In this document: positions 44,512 through 64,000 of the stretch, in pieces
How the letters are laid out: each line of letters begins with the position of its first letter
Position numbering within the stretch: the stretch's first letter is position 1
NCBI GenBank assembly: GCA_964016885.1
Contig: CAXHJY010000557.1
Location: 15,765-79,764, forward strand
Length of the DNA stretch: 64,000 nt
Origin: Eledone cirrhosa
Lineage: Eukaryota
Reading direction: 5' to 3'
Notes under the pieces: model-generated
Database searches by the model: none
Told to the model about the DNA's origin: nothing
Seen by the model: only the letters and a program-made list of their open reading frames with translations
Made by a program: the position numbers and the translations under genes

Positions 44512-44922
44512 CCCTTCTGTGACTGAATTTCTAATGAAATACACTGTATTTCCATTAATTAATTGTTTCTACTTTTGGTACAAGGCCAGCAATTACCCCA
44601 GTGTATTACTGGTACTTCATTTTATTGACCCCGTAAGGATGAAAAGCAAAGTTAACCTCGGCGGGATTTGAACTCAGATCGTAAAGGGGCGTAACTCTAT
44701 GCTGTAAAGCATGGCGTCCGACCCTCTACTGATACTGCCAATCCACCACCCTCTATTTCAATTAATTAACGAAGAATCTTTAGTTATTTACTGAAATTAT
44801 TAAGATAGTAACTTAATATATAGCTCTCATACAAAATTATGTTGGAAAATTTTAATTTAAATAGCAAACTTTTAAAATGGATGTTTTTTTCATAGAACCA
44901 GGGCTGGTTTTAGGTTAAAGGG
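44512..44922. mobile_element. Degenerate piggyBac-type MITE containing a nested SINE
   Basis: TTAA|CCCTT ... AAGGG|TTAA ends. Confidence 0.5.
44563..44751 (-). mobile_element. tRNA-derived SINE
   Basis: Same family as 45689-45873; imperfect TSD tatttc(c/a)attaattaa. Confidence 0.85.
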
Positions 44923-45065
44923 TTAAAGAAATTCTTGGAAATGAAAAATATTTGTCATGTTGTCTACAAAAGTAATTAAAAAATAAATCTGCTGATTCAC
45001 TATTTTAAATGGGAAATATGAATGAAGTTTGAATATAAAGAACATTTAAAAAAAATAATACTTAA

Positions 45066-45272
45066 CCCTTTTGAAGCCAAACCACCTGATTCTATGATAT
45101 AAAAGTATTTATATTTATCTAGAAAACTTACATCATAATTTTTTAAGTAAGAACCTTTTAGATTTCAAACAAGCTTTAAAAAAAAACAAAATTAATCATG
45201 TTACTAAATCCCTTAAGTTCTTGATTCTTTTAAAAATTATTCAATAATCTTAAGCAATGTCTTTCAAAAGGG
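45066..45272. mobile_element. Degenerate piggyBac-type MITE
   Basis: TTAA|CCCTTTTGAA ... TTCAAAAGGG|TTTA. Confidence 0.55.
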
Positions 45273-45688
45273 TTTACTAAATACTAAGAAATAACCAGCT
45301 TTGTATATAAATTCTTAGCTTAGTGGGTTGGTAATATCACTTGTATGTATATAGTTGTAATTTGAGATTTTTTTTAAAGAATGGCTTGCAAGATAAGTCT
45401 GAAACATAAGAAACTCAAACCATATTACATAAAATAGTTTAGAAATTTATATTGGCAGCTTTCATTTGGTTAATATCTTCTGGGTTTAAATAAAACAACT
45501 TTTGGTGTGATTATTAAAAGAAATGTGATTAATAGATTGTGTGTTGAAGCGTTTAATATCAATTATATGTGTGAAGTTTATGTTTATAGATATGAAGTTA
45601 AAAATATTTAGCTTTTCAATAAAGCATACATTTTTCTTGAAGTTATTAGAATTTTGTAAACAACTATAGCATATTAATTAAATGCTAA

Positions 45689-45873
45689 GGGCGGTGAATT
45701 GGCAGTATCGGTAGAGGGTTGGACGCTATGCTTTCTAGCATAGTTACGTTCCTTTACAGTCTGAGTTCAAATCCCGCCGAGGTTAACTTTGCCTTTCATC
45801 CTTACGCTGTCGATAAAATAAAGTACCAGTAATGTACTGGGTAATTGCTGGCCTTGTGCCTAAAGTAGAAACA
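45689..45873 (+). mobile_element. tRNA-derived SINE with perfect 16-bp TSD
   Basis: GGGCGGTGAATTGGCAG..GAGTTCAAATCCC (B box)..GCCTTTCATCC..GTCGATAAAATAAAGTACC; TSD attaattaaatgctaa at 45673 and 45874. Confidence 0.9.
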
Positions 45874-46552
45874 ATTAATTAAATGCTAAATAATGTCTGC
45901 AGATCCTAATTAGCAAATTAATTACATGATATATATATCACACATCATCATCGTCATTTTCCATCTCCTTTTTGAGCTGGCATGGGTTTGACCTCAACAT
46001 GGTCCGAGATTTGACTAGTTGGGGAGATAGCATCTTGCTCATACATTCCATATTTTGCATGGTTTCTATGACTGGATGCCTTCCTAACATCAACCACCTT
46101 ACAGAATGCACTGGGTAGATTGTATTCGGTACCAGCACTAAAGTTTGTTTTATTGAATTTTCAGTATAGGTAGAACATCGGACAACATGTTTTACAACAT
46201 ATAGTTACATCCCTTTGCATTTTGAGTTCAAATCCCGCCGATGTTAGCTTTGCCTTTCATCCTTAAGGGGTCAATAAAATGAAGCTCAAGTAACCCCCTT
46301 CATTTGATTGGTAATATATCTCTCTTAATCAAAATTGTTGTAGAACAATTTTGACTGAGTAACGACCATGGTTATTCCTTCTGTAAATATGCATATATAT
46401 CCTGGAACTAGCTGTTGAAATGGTAACAGCTCAGCTGTCGGGGTCCTGACTCTTTCTGATAACCATACTCTACTACTCCAACTATTCAGTACTCTGGTGA
46501 GTAATGGCCTAACCAGTTTCTTACGGAATCCATCCCGATCGAGATATATATA

Positions 46553-46869
46553 TATGGAAATGTCATTATGAGAGACTGATGAATGTGGAGAACGAATGGG
46601 ACAGAGAGAAATTACTCCCAGTAGACCTGACAGAGGGACCAGCTATTGAGATTGACGAATATAGGGTACAAGAGGCAATTAAGGAAATGAAGAATGGAAA
46701 GGCTGCTGGACCGTCGGGGATAGTTGCTGAGATGCTGAAGGCATCAGAAGTAGGCACTAAACTGGTTGCATGCATCATTAATCAAGCTATATATGGTGGT
46801 GTCATACCCCAAAACTGGTGCAGCAGTATTCTCATAAATTGCTACAAAAATAAAGGGGATGCTCTAGAG
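46553..46869 (+). mobile_element. RTE internal fragment interrupted by a hAT element
   Basis: HYERLMNVENEWD..EGPA..KNGKAAGPSGIVAEMLKA..NCYKNKGDALE. Confidence 0.8.
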
Positions 46870-47190
46870 CAAAGGTTCTCAACGGGGGGCGTATGCACCC
46901 CCAGGGGGCGTTTGGGAGCAAGGGGGCATTAGGGGGTCGTTTGGAGCTTTGGTGTGCATTGGAAGGCTCTTTACTTTGGTAAGTTTTATAAGCCATATTT
47001 GTATGTCTTTGAGACAGCCAGTGTGAATGCATTTGAATGAGCATGCAGACAGCATAACTATGGTCTGACCGCAGGTGTGCAGGCGTGTTTAGACATTATT
47101 GAGATCCTAACCATGGAAAAACCGACAGTCAACTGGGTCAAGGACACTTCAATCGCAGCCAGTTAAAATCTTGTCTCTCCTGCACCGATA
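46870..47190. mobile_element. Left end of a hAT (Charlie/Buster-like) element
   Basis: Target octamer CTCTAGAG (nTCTAGAn) immediately followed by CAAAGGTTCTCAAC; right TIR not found and right boundary uncertain. Confidence 0.55.
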
Positions 47191-47491
47191 ACAATGGTGG
47201 TGGAGGCGGCGGCGGCGGCGATTTCATTTTACGTCCGCTTTTTCCCTGCTTGCAAGGGTGGGACGGGAACTGATTCTGGCTTGATTTCTACAGCTGGATG
47301 CCCTTCCTAACACCAACCTCATTTACAGTGAGTGCTGGGTGCTTTTTTTCTGTGGCACCCACACGTCCACTTTACAGTGGAATGATATGGACCCCAGTCC
47401 CTATCATCTCATTTCTACAGCTGAGTAAACTGGAGCAATGTGAAATAAAGTGTCTTGCTCAAGGTAACAACACATCACCTTGAGCAAGACA

Positions 47492-49964
<2,473 letters not shown>

Positions 49965-51797
49965 ATCATCATCATCATCATCATCACCGTTTTACGTCCG
50001 TTCTTCCACGCTAGCATGGGTTAGACGGGTTGTCCTGTTGTGGGCAGTGTCTGGTCGGCTGACCATGCCTTGCTCATACAGGAACTGATCTGGCTTGATT
50101 TCTACAGCTGGATGCCCTTCCTAACACCAACCTCATTTACAGTGAGTGCTGGGTGCTTTTTCGTGGCGCCTACACGTCCACTTTACAGTGTGGGCTGGGT
50201 GCTTTTTTGCCGTGGCACCTCCACGACCACCTTGCGGTGGGGGGGGGGGCATATTGTTTATATGCTTCAGCATGTACCCATGGGAGGTCGGGTACCCTGT
50301 ATTACTGCGTGACGCCAGAAGTCACGGTCGTGTGTCACTGACTTTGAGAGGTGTAGTTGGGTAAGGTCGGCTTTTATCACCTCATCCCAAGTCATCTTGG
50401 GTCTCCCCACTCCGCGGTTTCCATCAACTTCTAGTGCTCTGCACCTTTTTATGCAGCTGTCATCCTTCATACGCATCACATGTCCATACCAGCGTAACCG
50501 CCTCTCCTGCACGCAGCATTTGATTCCTCTTATGCTCAGTCTCTCTCTCAATTCCTTTATGCTTTGTCGTTCACGTATATTACTGTTACACATCCATCGG
50601 AGCATGCAGGCTTCGTTTCTCTCTAATCTACGTAAGTCTTCCACCTTCAGCGCCCAGGTCTCACTACCATGCAACATCGCTGTTCGGATACACGCATCAT
50701 ACAGTCTGCCTTTCATTCTGAGGGAGAAGCCTTTTGCAGCTAGCAGTGGTAGTAGTTCCCTAAACTTCTTCCATCCCGTTCTTACCCTAGTTATTGTACT
50801 TTCTGAGCACCCACCTCCGTTGCTAATTCGGTCACCTAGGTAGCAGAAGCTGTCTACTGTTTCTACAGGGCCCTCCCAGAGATTGGTGGTACTTGTTTCC
50901 TGTGGCTGTTTGCTTGCTGTTTCAGCACAGCTGCTGCATGTGAATCCTACATTCTTAATTAAGCTTCTGAGATCCCGCTACATCTCTTGTGTACCCATTG
51001 TTTGCATTTGGGGCAAAGAATGGAGTTCCTACCTACACCTTTCCTACATACTGAGCAAGGCCATTTCCCTGAGGGGATCTGGGTTCTGTTTTCTCGTCTA
51101 CTTATAAGGACCTTAGTCTTTGTCATGTTGACTTTGAGGCCCTTTCTCTCTAGTCCCTGCTTCCAGGTTTGGAATTTATTCTCTAGTTCTACCATAGATT
51201 CAGCTATGAGTGCGAGGTCATCAGCATACAGGAGTTCCCATGGGCATCCGGTCTTAAACTCCTCCGTTATTGCCTGCAGGACTATGATGAACAGGAGAGG
51301 GCTAAGAACAGAGCCCTGGTGGACCCCAACCTGTACGCTAAATTCCTCGCTATACTCATTGCCAATCCTAACTTTGCTGACTGCTCCCCTATACATGGCT
51401 TGTACCGCTTTCACAAGCCATTCATCTACTCCTAGTTTTCTAAGAGCCCACCAGATTACTGCACGTGGAACTCTGTCAAAGGCTTTCTCAAGGTCGACAA
51501 ATGCCAAGTAGAGTGGCTTACTTTTAGCTAGGTACTTTTCCTGTAATTGCCTCACAAGGAAGAGCGCATCAGTGGTGCCTTTCCCTGGAACAAACCCAAA
51601 TTGCATCTCGTCTATATTCACCCGGTCCCTAATCAGCTGTGCTATAACTCTTTCTGTTACTTTCATGACCTGGTCCATCAACTTTATACCTCTATAGTTT
51701 CCTCTATCTAGTGCATCGCCTTTACCTTTGTAGCAGTTGACAATGATGCTACTGCACCAATCTTTTGGTATGGCCCCCTCTAGTATTACCTGGTTAA
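49965..51797 (-). mobile_element. RTE LINE, 5'-truncated, same young subfamily as 1-2420
   Basis: ORFs 50959-51879 and 50267-50716 with YADD, PHD-like finger and RRLRWYGH; frameshift near 50960; (GAT)n tail at 49965-49986. Confidence 0.93.
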
Positions 51798-51832
51798 TAT
51801 ATTTAATATATATATATATAATATGTATATAT

Positions 51833-51863
<31 letters not shown>

Positions 51864-51946
51864 GGCAGTGCCAAATCAACTTTTCAAATGCAAGTCGATG
51901 TTGAAAGGTATGTCAAATCTATTTATTTATAAGACTGTCTATATTG

Positions 51947-52012
51947 TATTTTGTCTGAAGAAGGCATAACATATTGTTAATATGATATCCCTGAAATATA
52001 TATAATGAAATA
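51947..52012 (+). ncRNA. Type I hammerhead ribozyme (family B) within pLTR fragment 51863-52055
   Basis: TATTTTGT-CTGAAGA-AGGCATAACATATT-GTT-AATATGATATCCCT-GAAA-TATATA-TA-ATGAAATA; palindromic stem III, predicted AUA cleavage. Confidence 0.8.
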
Positions 52013-52052
52013 AATATGGCTTTATAAATATAATTTCCATTTATTTAATATC

Positions 52053-52110
<58 letters not shown>

Positions 52111-52309
52111 ATATATATATACATCCAGCTGTAGAAATCAAGCCAGATCAGTTCCTGTATGAGCAAGACATGGTCAGCCGACCAGACACTGCCCACAATA
52201 GGACAACCCGTCTAACCCATGCTAGCGTGGAAGAACGGACGTAAAACGGTGATGATGAATGATGATGATGATATATTATATATATATATTTATATATATA
52301 TATATATAT

Positions 52310-52474
<165 letters not shown>

Positions 52475-52619
52475 ATATTATATATATACATGGAAAGTTA
52501 TATTTAAAATTGTTGGTTACAACTAGTAAATATTTATAACTGATATAAAAGCACTCGACAATATTTGGAGTATATTTACAATATTAAATAAATGGAAACT
52601 ATATTTATAAAACCATATT

Positions 52620-52685
52620 TATTTCATTATATATATTTCGGGGATATCATATTAACAATATGCTATGCCTTCCTCAGACAAAATA
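52620..52685 (-). ncRNA. Type I hammerhead ribozyme (family B) within pLTR fragment 52490-52760
   Basis: Reverse complement TATTTTGT-CTGAGGA-AGG..CCC-GAAA-TATATA-TA-ATGAAATA; A-C mismatch at base of stem II. Confidence 0.72.
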
Positions 52686-52858
52686 CAATATAAACAGTTT
52701 TATAGATAAATAGATTCGACATACCGTTATAACACCGACTTCCATTTGAAGAGGTGAATTCCCTTTTCTATCAACCAATGACCTGCACCCATCCCACTCC
52801 CCACCCTCTCCTACCACTTGTAGAGACCTATAAATACCATATTTATTTTTTGATACCC

Positions 52859-52909
52859 AGATTCCTGATGATTTCTAATGAATGAAACAGTTCTAGTCCT
52901 GTAGAATCT
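52859..52909 (+). ncRNA. Type I hammerhead ribozyme (family C) with a real stem III
   Basis: AGATTC-CTGATGA-TTTC-TAAT-GAAT-GAAA-CAG-TTCTAGTC-CTG-TA-GAATCT; 6-bp stem I, predicted GUA cleavage. Confidence 0.85.
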
Positions 52910-52991
52910 CATCTATATTAAAACTTTTATACTCTGCTATGTATTGAGTACCTTACTTACTGTGGTTACCTCCGATTCAACCCGGAATAAC

Positions 52992-55326
<2,335 letters not shown>

Positions 55327-55327
55327 A

Positions 55328-56608
55328 GTTAACCTTAATATTATTAAGAACAACATACGTAATCTCTTTAACCAACATAACCTAAAAATTGAATTTGATA
55401 ATAGTATCAAACTAGCTAATTTCTTGGATGTATCTCTTAATCTTGACACTGGCCTATATTACCCTTACCATAAAACAATGAGAACCTAAATTATGTTAAC
55501 TTAAAATCTAACCATCCTACCAATATCAAGAATGCTATAGTTAGTAATATTGGAAAAAGAATATCTAACATATCTTCTAATAAAAACATCTTTGATGCTA
55601 ACGCCAATTACTATAATAACGCACTTTCTAAAGCCGGTTATCCAGATAAAATCAAATATAGTAAAGAAACAAATTCTAGAAAAACTTACAGTAGAATAAT
55701 TAATCATGATCATTCCAATAACTTTAATAAAAGACCTAGATACAAAAACATAATCTGGTATAATGCTCCTTTCTCCATCTCTATTAATAACAATATTCCT
55801 AAATTATTTTTTAGTGCCTTAAATAAATGCTTCCCTCCCTCACATATCTATAGTAAAATATTTAACAAACACACCATCAAATTTTCTTATTCTACATCCT
55901 CCAATATTTCCAACATTATCTCTAAACACAACAATAAAATACTAAATACTAAATCTCTTCCTTCCAACATTGAATTTCATAATAACAGTAATAGTACTCC
56001 CGACGTCATTGTAAACCCTAGGCTAACTTCTGTAAACCCAAATACAACGTCAAACACAACTTCGCTAAATGTTCATAATCCAACTCTAAATCAAGAAACT
56101 ATTATTCCTATTATTCCTATCGCAAACAACTTCTCCAATCCAATTCCTTCTATAGATAACACTAGGTCACTCATTAATAATCTCTCTAATTGCAACTGCC
56201 GCATTAAAAATAAATGTCCTCTCAACAACCATTGTCTTAATTTATGAATGTAAAGTTATAACTAGCACCAATTCCTTCACCTATTTTGGCTCCACTTCCA
56301 CCTCTTTTAAAGCTCGTCTCTATAATCATCATTCATCTTTTAAATACAAACTTAAAAGAACCAACACGGCTCTCTCAGAACTCATATGGTCCTTGAAAGA
56401 CAAAAACATTAAATATACCATCTTTTGGAAGAAGGTTTCTTCTGCGTCCTCATACTTGAACAGCTCTCTATCTAAAATCTGTAATCTCTGCCTAAATGAA
56501 AAATTTACCATTATCTCTAATCTAGATTCTATAATAAATAGACGTACAGATTTGTTTTCTATCTGCCTGCATAAATTCCATAGGACTTTTCACAAAGTAT
56601 ACAGCTAA
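55328..56608 (+). pseudogene. Penelope-like RT C-terminus/thumb, CxCx5C linker and GIY-YIG endonuclease, with two frameshifts
   Basis: Frameshifts at about 55474 and 56240; last 71 aa appear as ORF 56393-56608. Confidence 0.85.
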
Positions 56609-57440
56609 TATTCAATTCTTTATCAATTTAGAATCTTTTCTCAAAGGCACATATACACACACCTCTTTAAATTATACCCATCTTCCTACCTTACTTATAA
56701 TACTTGTTTACTCATTACCCTCATTCTATCTTCACCTTGTAAAATCCTTCATAACATATACATTTGTTTTTTTTGACGTTAGAATATTCATCTGCAATTA
56801 TTACTTTTTTCTCTCCATCATCAAACTTTAATATCAATACATTAACTCCTCTCCTTCTTTTGACGCTAGAATATTCATTCTTAATACATATTAACTCTTT
56901 CTTCGCACATATTATCAATTCCTTCAATATACAAACCTTAACTTCACATTATTTTTTCTCAAATCCTTCAACACGCAAACCTTAATAATTTTTTCTCTTC
57001 ATTAATTTTGAAATTGCCATAATACTTATAAACATACACCTTTTTGACGTTAGAATATTCATCCGCAGTTATTATTTTTTCTCTCTATCTTCAAACTTTT
57101 TAATCTCAATTTTTAATCTCAATACATATCAACTCCCTCTCTTTCCTCGTACATTTTTTTCCCTTCGTTAATTTTCAAATTCTTTTAATTTATACATTAT
57201 CTTCCAACGGTTCTCAACCTCTCTATGTAAAACAATATATCTTTTCTCAGTTATAAAAACTATCTCTTTCTCTCTATCACCCATCACTCTCATCTCCTCC
57301 CCTTTTTTCATCCTTTCCACCCCCCTCTCTAAATAAAATATTTTTCCCAATATCACACATCAATCTAAAACTACTTTTCATATGTTGATTTAAAACTGCA
57401 CTATCCACAAGTGTTTTTTAGCCTTCATATCATGTTCTCC

Positions 57441-57511
57441 TGTTTTATCTGATGAAAACACAAATATTATTGCATGATGATGTTTGTTTTTGAAATGCGA
57501 ATAATAAAATA
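57441..57511 (+). ncRNA. Type I hammerhead ribozyme at the 3' end of the Penelope-like element
   Basis: TGTTTTAT-CTGATGA-AAAC-ACAAATATTAT-TGCATG-ATGATGTTTGT-TTTT-GAAA-T-GCGA-A-TA-ATAAAATA. Confidence 0.82.
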
Positions 57512-57541
57512 CATGGAACTCCTTTAACCATCGTTTGATCT

Positions 57542-58703
<1,162 letters not shown>

Positions 58704-59621
58704 ACTAGCAGTAAAGCCCGGCGTTGCTCGGGGTCGCTCAGTAGCTGTGTTAAAGTTACAATGTTAAGTTTCTTTCTTGGCTTAAAAACTGTAGTGTCTA
58801 CTGTGCAGACTTGCATGTGGTGTTTTTGATTAATATTCCCTCAACCAACAATATGCCTTATGAAGTTAAGAAAACATAACGATAACCCGAATGTTATAAC
58901 AAAAGAGGATGCTGGGGATAGAAACTGCACTGGTTATTTATTAACAAAGATCGAAAATGTAAACACTGCAACGCAGAGAAAAACATTAGCGTAACCAAAT
59001 TATCAGTTATGTCTGTCTGCACGCCTATATCACCTCTCTGCACGACTGTCTGTCTGCACGCCTATATCACCTCTCTGCACGACTGTCTGTCTGCACGCCT
59101 ATATCACCTCTCTGCACGACTGTCTGTCTGCACGCCTATATCACCTCTCTGCACGACTGTCTGTCTGCACGCGTATATCACCTCTCTGCACGACTGTCTG
59201 TCTGCACGCCTAACGACGAAATATTTGCTTGTTTTACGTAGTCTTTAAATAGACTTGTTTTCAAGTAAAAATATTGTTTTAAAATGCTTTTAAATGGAAA
59301 TGAAGCAAAACGGAAGCTTCGTGTATTGTGTTAATGTCATTTTAAACGCTGAGAAAGCCAGCGTAATTTTTTACGTAAGACGCTCAATGTAAACAGAACA
59401 AAGGGAAATAACTGATAACTTACGCTCAAAAATTGATACATTATATTCGATTTCGTCACATAGGGTGGGTCAATTTGAAATATTTTTCTTCCGATGTCTT
59501 CGCTAGGGCTCAATGTACAAGTATAGCAATTTCGGTGCAATTCGTGAGAGATTCTAAGAGGAGATGTGTGCCAAAAATCGATAGACAGACAGACAAGCAC
59601 AGTTTTATATATATAGAAGAT
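58704..59621. mobile_element. Helentron/Helitron-associated non-autonomous element (HINE/DINE-like)
   Basis: ACTAG plus hairpin CCCG-GCGTTGCT-CGGG; internal tandem repeat; (AGAC)n followed by TTTTATATATATAGA at the other end. Confidence 0.6.
59010..59211. repeat. 37-bp tandem repeat, about 5.5 copies
   Basis: tgtctgtctgcacgcctatatcacctctctgcacgac at 59010, 59047 and onward. Confidence 0.95.
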
Positions 59622-59695
59622 ATATATATGTTATATATATATTATATAATATATATATATATATATAATATATATATATATAATATATATATATA

Positions 59696-59778
<83 letters not shown>

Positions 59779-59883
59779 TACATATATATATATATATATA
59801 ATATATATACATATATATATATATACATATATATAATATATATATACATATATATAATATATATACATATATAATATATATAC

Positions 59884-59920
<37 letters not shown>

Positions 59921-59950
59921 CATATATATATACATATATATATATATATA

Positions 59951-59992
<42 letters not shown>

Positions 59993-60025
59993 TATATATA
60001 TAATATATATATATATATAATATAT

Positions 60026-60667
60026 ACGTGAACGGCAAAGCATAAACGAACTAAGGAAAAAATTAGAAATAAGAGGGATCAGATGTTGTTTACTCGAGAG
60101 AAGGCTACGTTGGTATGGACACGTGATGCGCATGAAAGTCGATAGCTGTATAACAAAGTGCAGGGCAATAAAGATAGACGGTAGCTACGGAATAGGCAGA
60201 CCTAGAAAAACCTGGGACGAGCTGATAAACTCCGACCTCACACACTTACACCTCTCCAAGACAATGTCACTGGACCGAGACCTTTGGCGGTACTCAGTAA
60301 CAGAGAAGACCCGCCTTGCCAGTAGGCATCTCTAACAAAATACACCCCGTCCCGCCCACACCACCCGTTCTATGTAAAGTTATGTTGGTGCCGCGCCATC
60401 CAGGCCGAAACAAATGAGATCGTGTAGGTGTCACGACAAAAAAACACACAGTCCACGCTGTAATGTGGCCGTGTAGGCAACACGGTAAAAACCTCCCAGA
60501 CCCACACTGTAAATGTGGTTGGTGTTAGGAAGGGCATCCAACTGTAGAAAACCTGCCAGACAGTCCTATGCGAGCAAGACAATCACTCTTGCCTCAAGTG
60601 GGACTACCCCCGTCCAAACCCATGCAAGCGTGGAACACGGACGTTAAACGTTGATGATGATGATGAT
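60026..60667 (+). mobile_element. 5'-truncated RTE 3' end (second subfamily) with (GAT)n tail
   Basis: [41 protein letters not shown]; 3' UTR matches 4207-4703. Confidence 0.88.
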
Positions 60668-60683
60668 ATATATATATATATAT

Positions 60684-60717
<34 letters not shown>

Positions 60718-60816
60718 AATATATATATATATATAATATATATATATTATATATATATATATATTATAAATAAAATAACAGGAGGCTGGACTGGTGTAAA
60801 TCCTTGAAAAGTTTAT

Positions 60817-60876
60817 TATAGTATGATCATTTCAATGACCGGGTTCCATATGAATCCGGTGATATCATCAGGTATT
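60817..60876 (-). ncRNA. Type I hammerhead ribozyme (further family) with weak stem I
   Basis: Reverse complement ATAC-CTGATGA-TATCACCGGATTC-ATATG-GAACCCGGTCATT-GAAA-T-GATC-A-TA-CTAT; palindromic ATGATCAT; C-C mismatch at the first stem I pair. Confidence 0.7.
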
Positions 60877-62276
60877 CGAAATATAACAAAGGAATATATA
60901 AAATCCATGTGTCCGAAATCAGAGACAGACAGGTCGACTGACCAACTAGCTGCTTTCATCTCGGTCAGTCGCCCTCAAGTGATGGCAACTCTGTCTACTA
61001 ATGAGCATTTGGTGAGGGGGTGAAGGCTTATAATGTACTACCACCTCCCTGTCAGAGAAGAAAAAAAGAGAAGAAAGAAAGAAGAAAAGTCAGTGTAAGT
61101 GTCACACTCCAGTCATGCTAGAAGACGCCGCGAAAAATGTTATTCCAAAGAACCCATATTTTAACAAAGGCATATATATGGGTGTCTGTATGGTCTAATG
61201 TGTGAACAGAAAATTGGAACGTTAACTTATGTTAAGAGTTATAGGATGAAATTAAATAATTGGAAAATTAATATAAAATTAAAGGTATGTGTTGCGAGAT
61301 TTATGTAATGAAATTACAGAGAGAGTCTTATATGAAAAAGTTTAACTGTATTATAGGGAATCTCGATAAGTTATCAAGGTGGGATATAGAGTAAAGATAG
61401 AAGCCTTTGATTGTAAACCCCAGCCAGCACCTCATAACCACGTGTCAGCCAGTTTCGAGTGGTATCCTCTTAGCGAAATAAATATAAATTAATTTTTCCA
61501 AGTACTCTAGGAACTTAACTGCGATAGGCTCCGAGTGTGCTAGCGGGAAGTCAACCAGCTTCTACAGGCCATCATCTATACCAAACGAATACTATTAATT
61601 CACACAGGAGGGGTTTATTTACGTGCCAGCACAGGGAGGCATGATACAGCTAACAGTTATGCCTAAGCCTAGAGTTGATAGGTATGAGTATAATGTGGCG
61701 GTCAAAACAAGCGGTACGGCAGGCTCCAGGGCAAATCGAGCCGCTCTGAGTAGTTTCGTTTACCGAAAGAGGGACAATTTATTTTTCCAAGCACTCAAGG
61801 AAGGCTTGAACTTTCCGAGCGCCAGGCGCACAGCTGGGTAATCCACCTCATCAGTCAAAAGTGGTAAAACCCAATGAAAAGTGCCATTAGACTATAATTA
61901 TTTTTATTTTTAAGTCCCAGTTAGTCCGGGTTATAAGTAGTGTGGTTCTTTGGTGGGTAGGGAGCTATGAATGGTGCATAAGGAATAATAAGCAGAAAAT
62001 CACAAATAAATAAAAGCAGGATACAAAGATAAAAATACAAAGATAAAAAATATATTAATATGGTAAAAAGTAAAAAACATAAATAAAACGCCGTCATAGC
62101 TAGGGTAATGATGTAAGACGGAAATATATAAGAACATATCGGAGGAATCAAAACAAAGGGGAAATACAAAATGGATCAAGTTGTAATAAGATAAGCCTGC
62201 CTTTCATTTTTTAGGGAGAATCCTTTAGCGGCCAATAGTGGTATAGAGAACCCTTTAGCGGCTAATAGTGGTATAA

Positions 62277-64000
<1,724 letters not shown>

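Larger units (their letters stand above)
55327..57541 (+). mobile_element. Penelope-like retroelement (probably Naiad-type), 5'-truncated, with 0.9-kb 3' region and terminal HHR
   Basis: Manual translation: ANFLDVSLNL..YYPYHK/NYVNLKSNHP..KRIS..ALSKAGY..IIWYNAPFS..IFNKHTIKFSYS..CNCRIKNKCPLNNHCL/IYECKV..TYFGST..FKARLYNHH..LSELIW..CNLCLNEK..CLH; both ends in (TA)n. Confidence 0.88.

Noticed and set aside
45689-45780. tRNA gene
   Set aside because: The A/B-box-like head belongs to a multi-copy SINE with TSDs; no cloverleaf.
56238-56250. In-frame TGA in the Naiad-like ORF as selenocysteine
   Set aside because: Homology continues in another frame (IYECKV), so it is a frameshift product; no SECIS identified.
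61745-61860. Second hammerhead on the minus strand (CTGATGAG..GAAA)
   Set aside because: No arrangement gives stem III plus an NUH triplet and stem I together.

Overview
This is eukaryotic, AT-rich, repeat-dominated DNA. The SINE and RTE families suggest a mollusc, probably an octopod cephalopod, but that is inference. I could not support any host protein-coding gene. Kilobase (TA)n-derived arrays host nested mobile elements: RTE LINEs whose RT carries an inserted PHD-like finger, a long open CR1/L2-group LINE ORF, tRNA-derived SINEs with TSDs, piggyBac-, pogo- and hAT-type MITEs, Helentron-like elements and a decayed Penelope-like (probably Naiad-type) RT/GIY-YIG element. The most striking signal is a dense population of type I hammerhead ribozyme (HHR) motifs: about 11 with an intact or near-intact core plus several degenerate ones, from at least 6 unrelated sequence families. 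Five lie in a non-coding, highly self-complementary 466-467 bp monomer present as greater-than-unit-length, head-to-head arms inside (TA)n, a candidate retrozyme or non-autonomous Penelope system. A CpG-rich patch with two ETS sites at about 28.0 kb, followed by a CpG-poor domain, hints at a promoter and methylated gene body. Coordinates were read by eye and may be off by a few bases.
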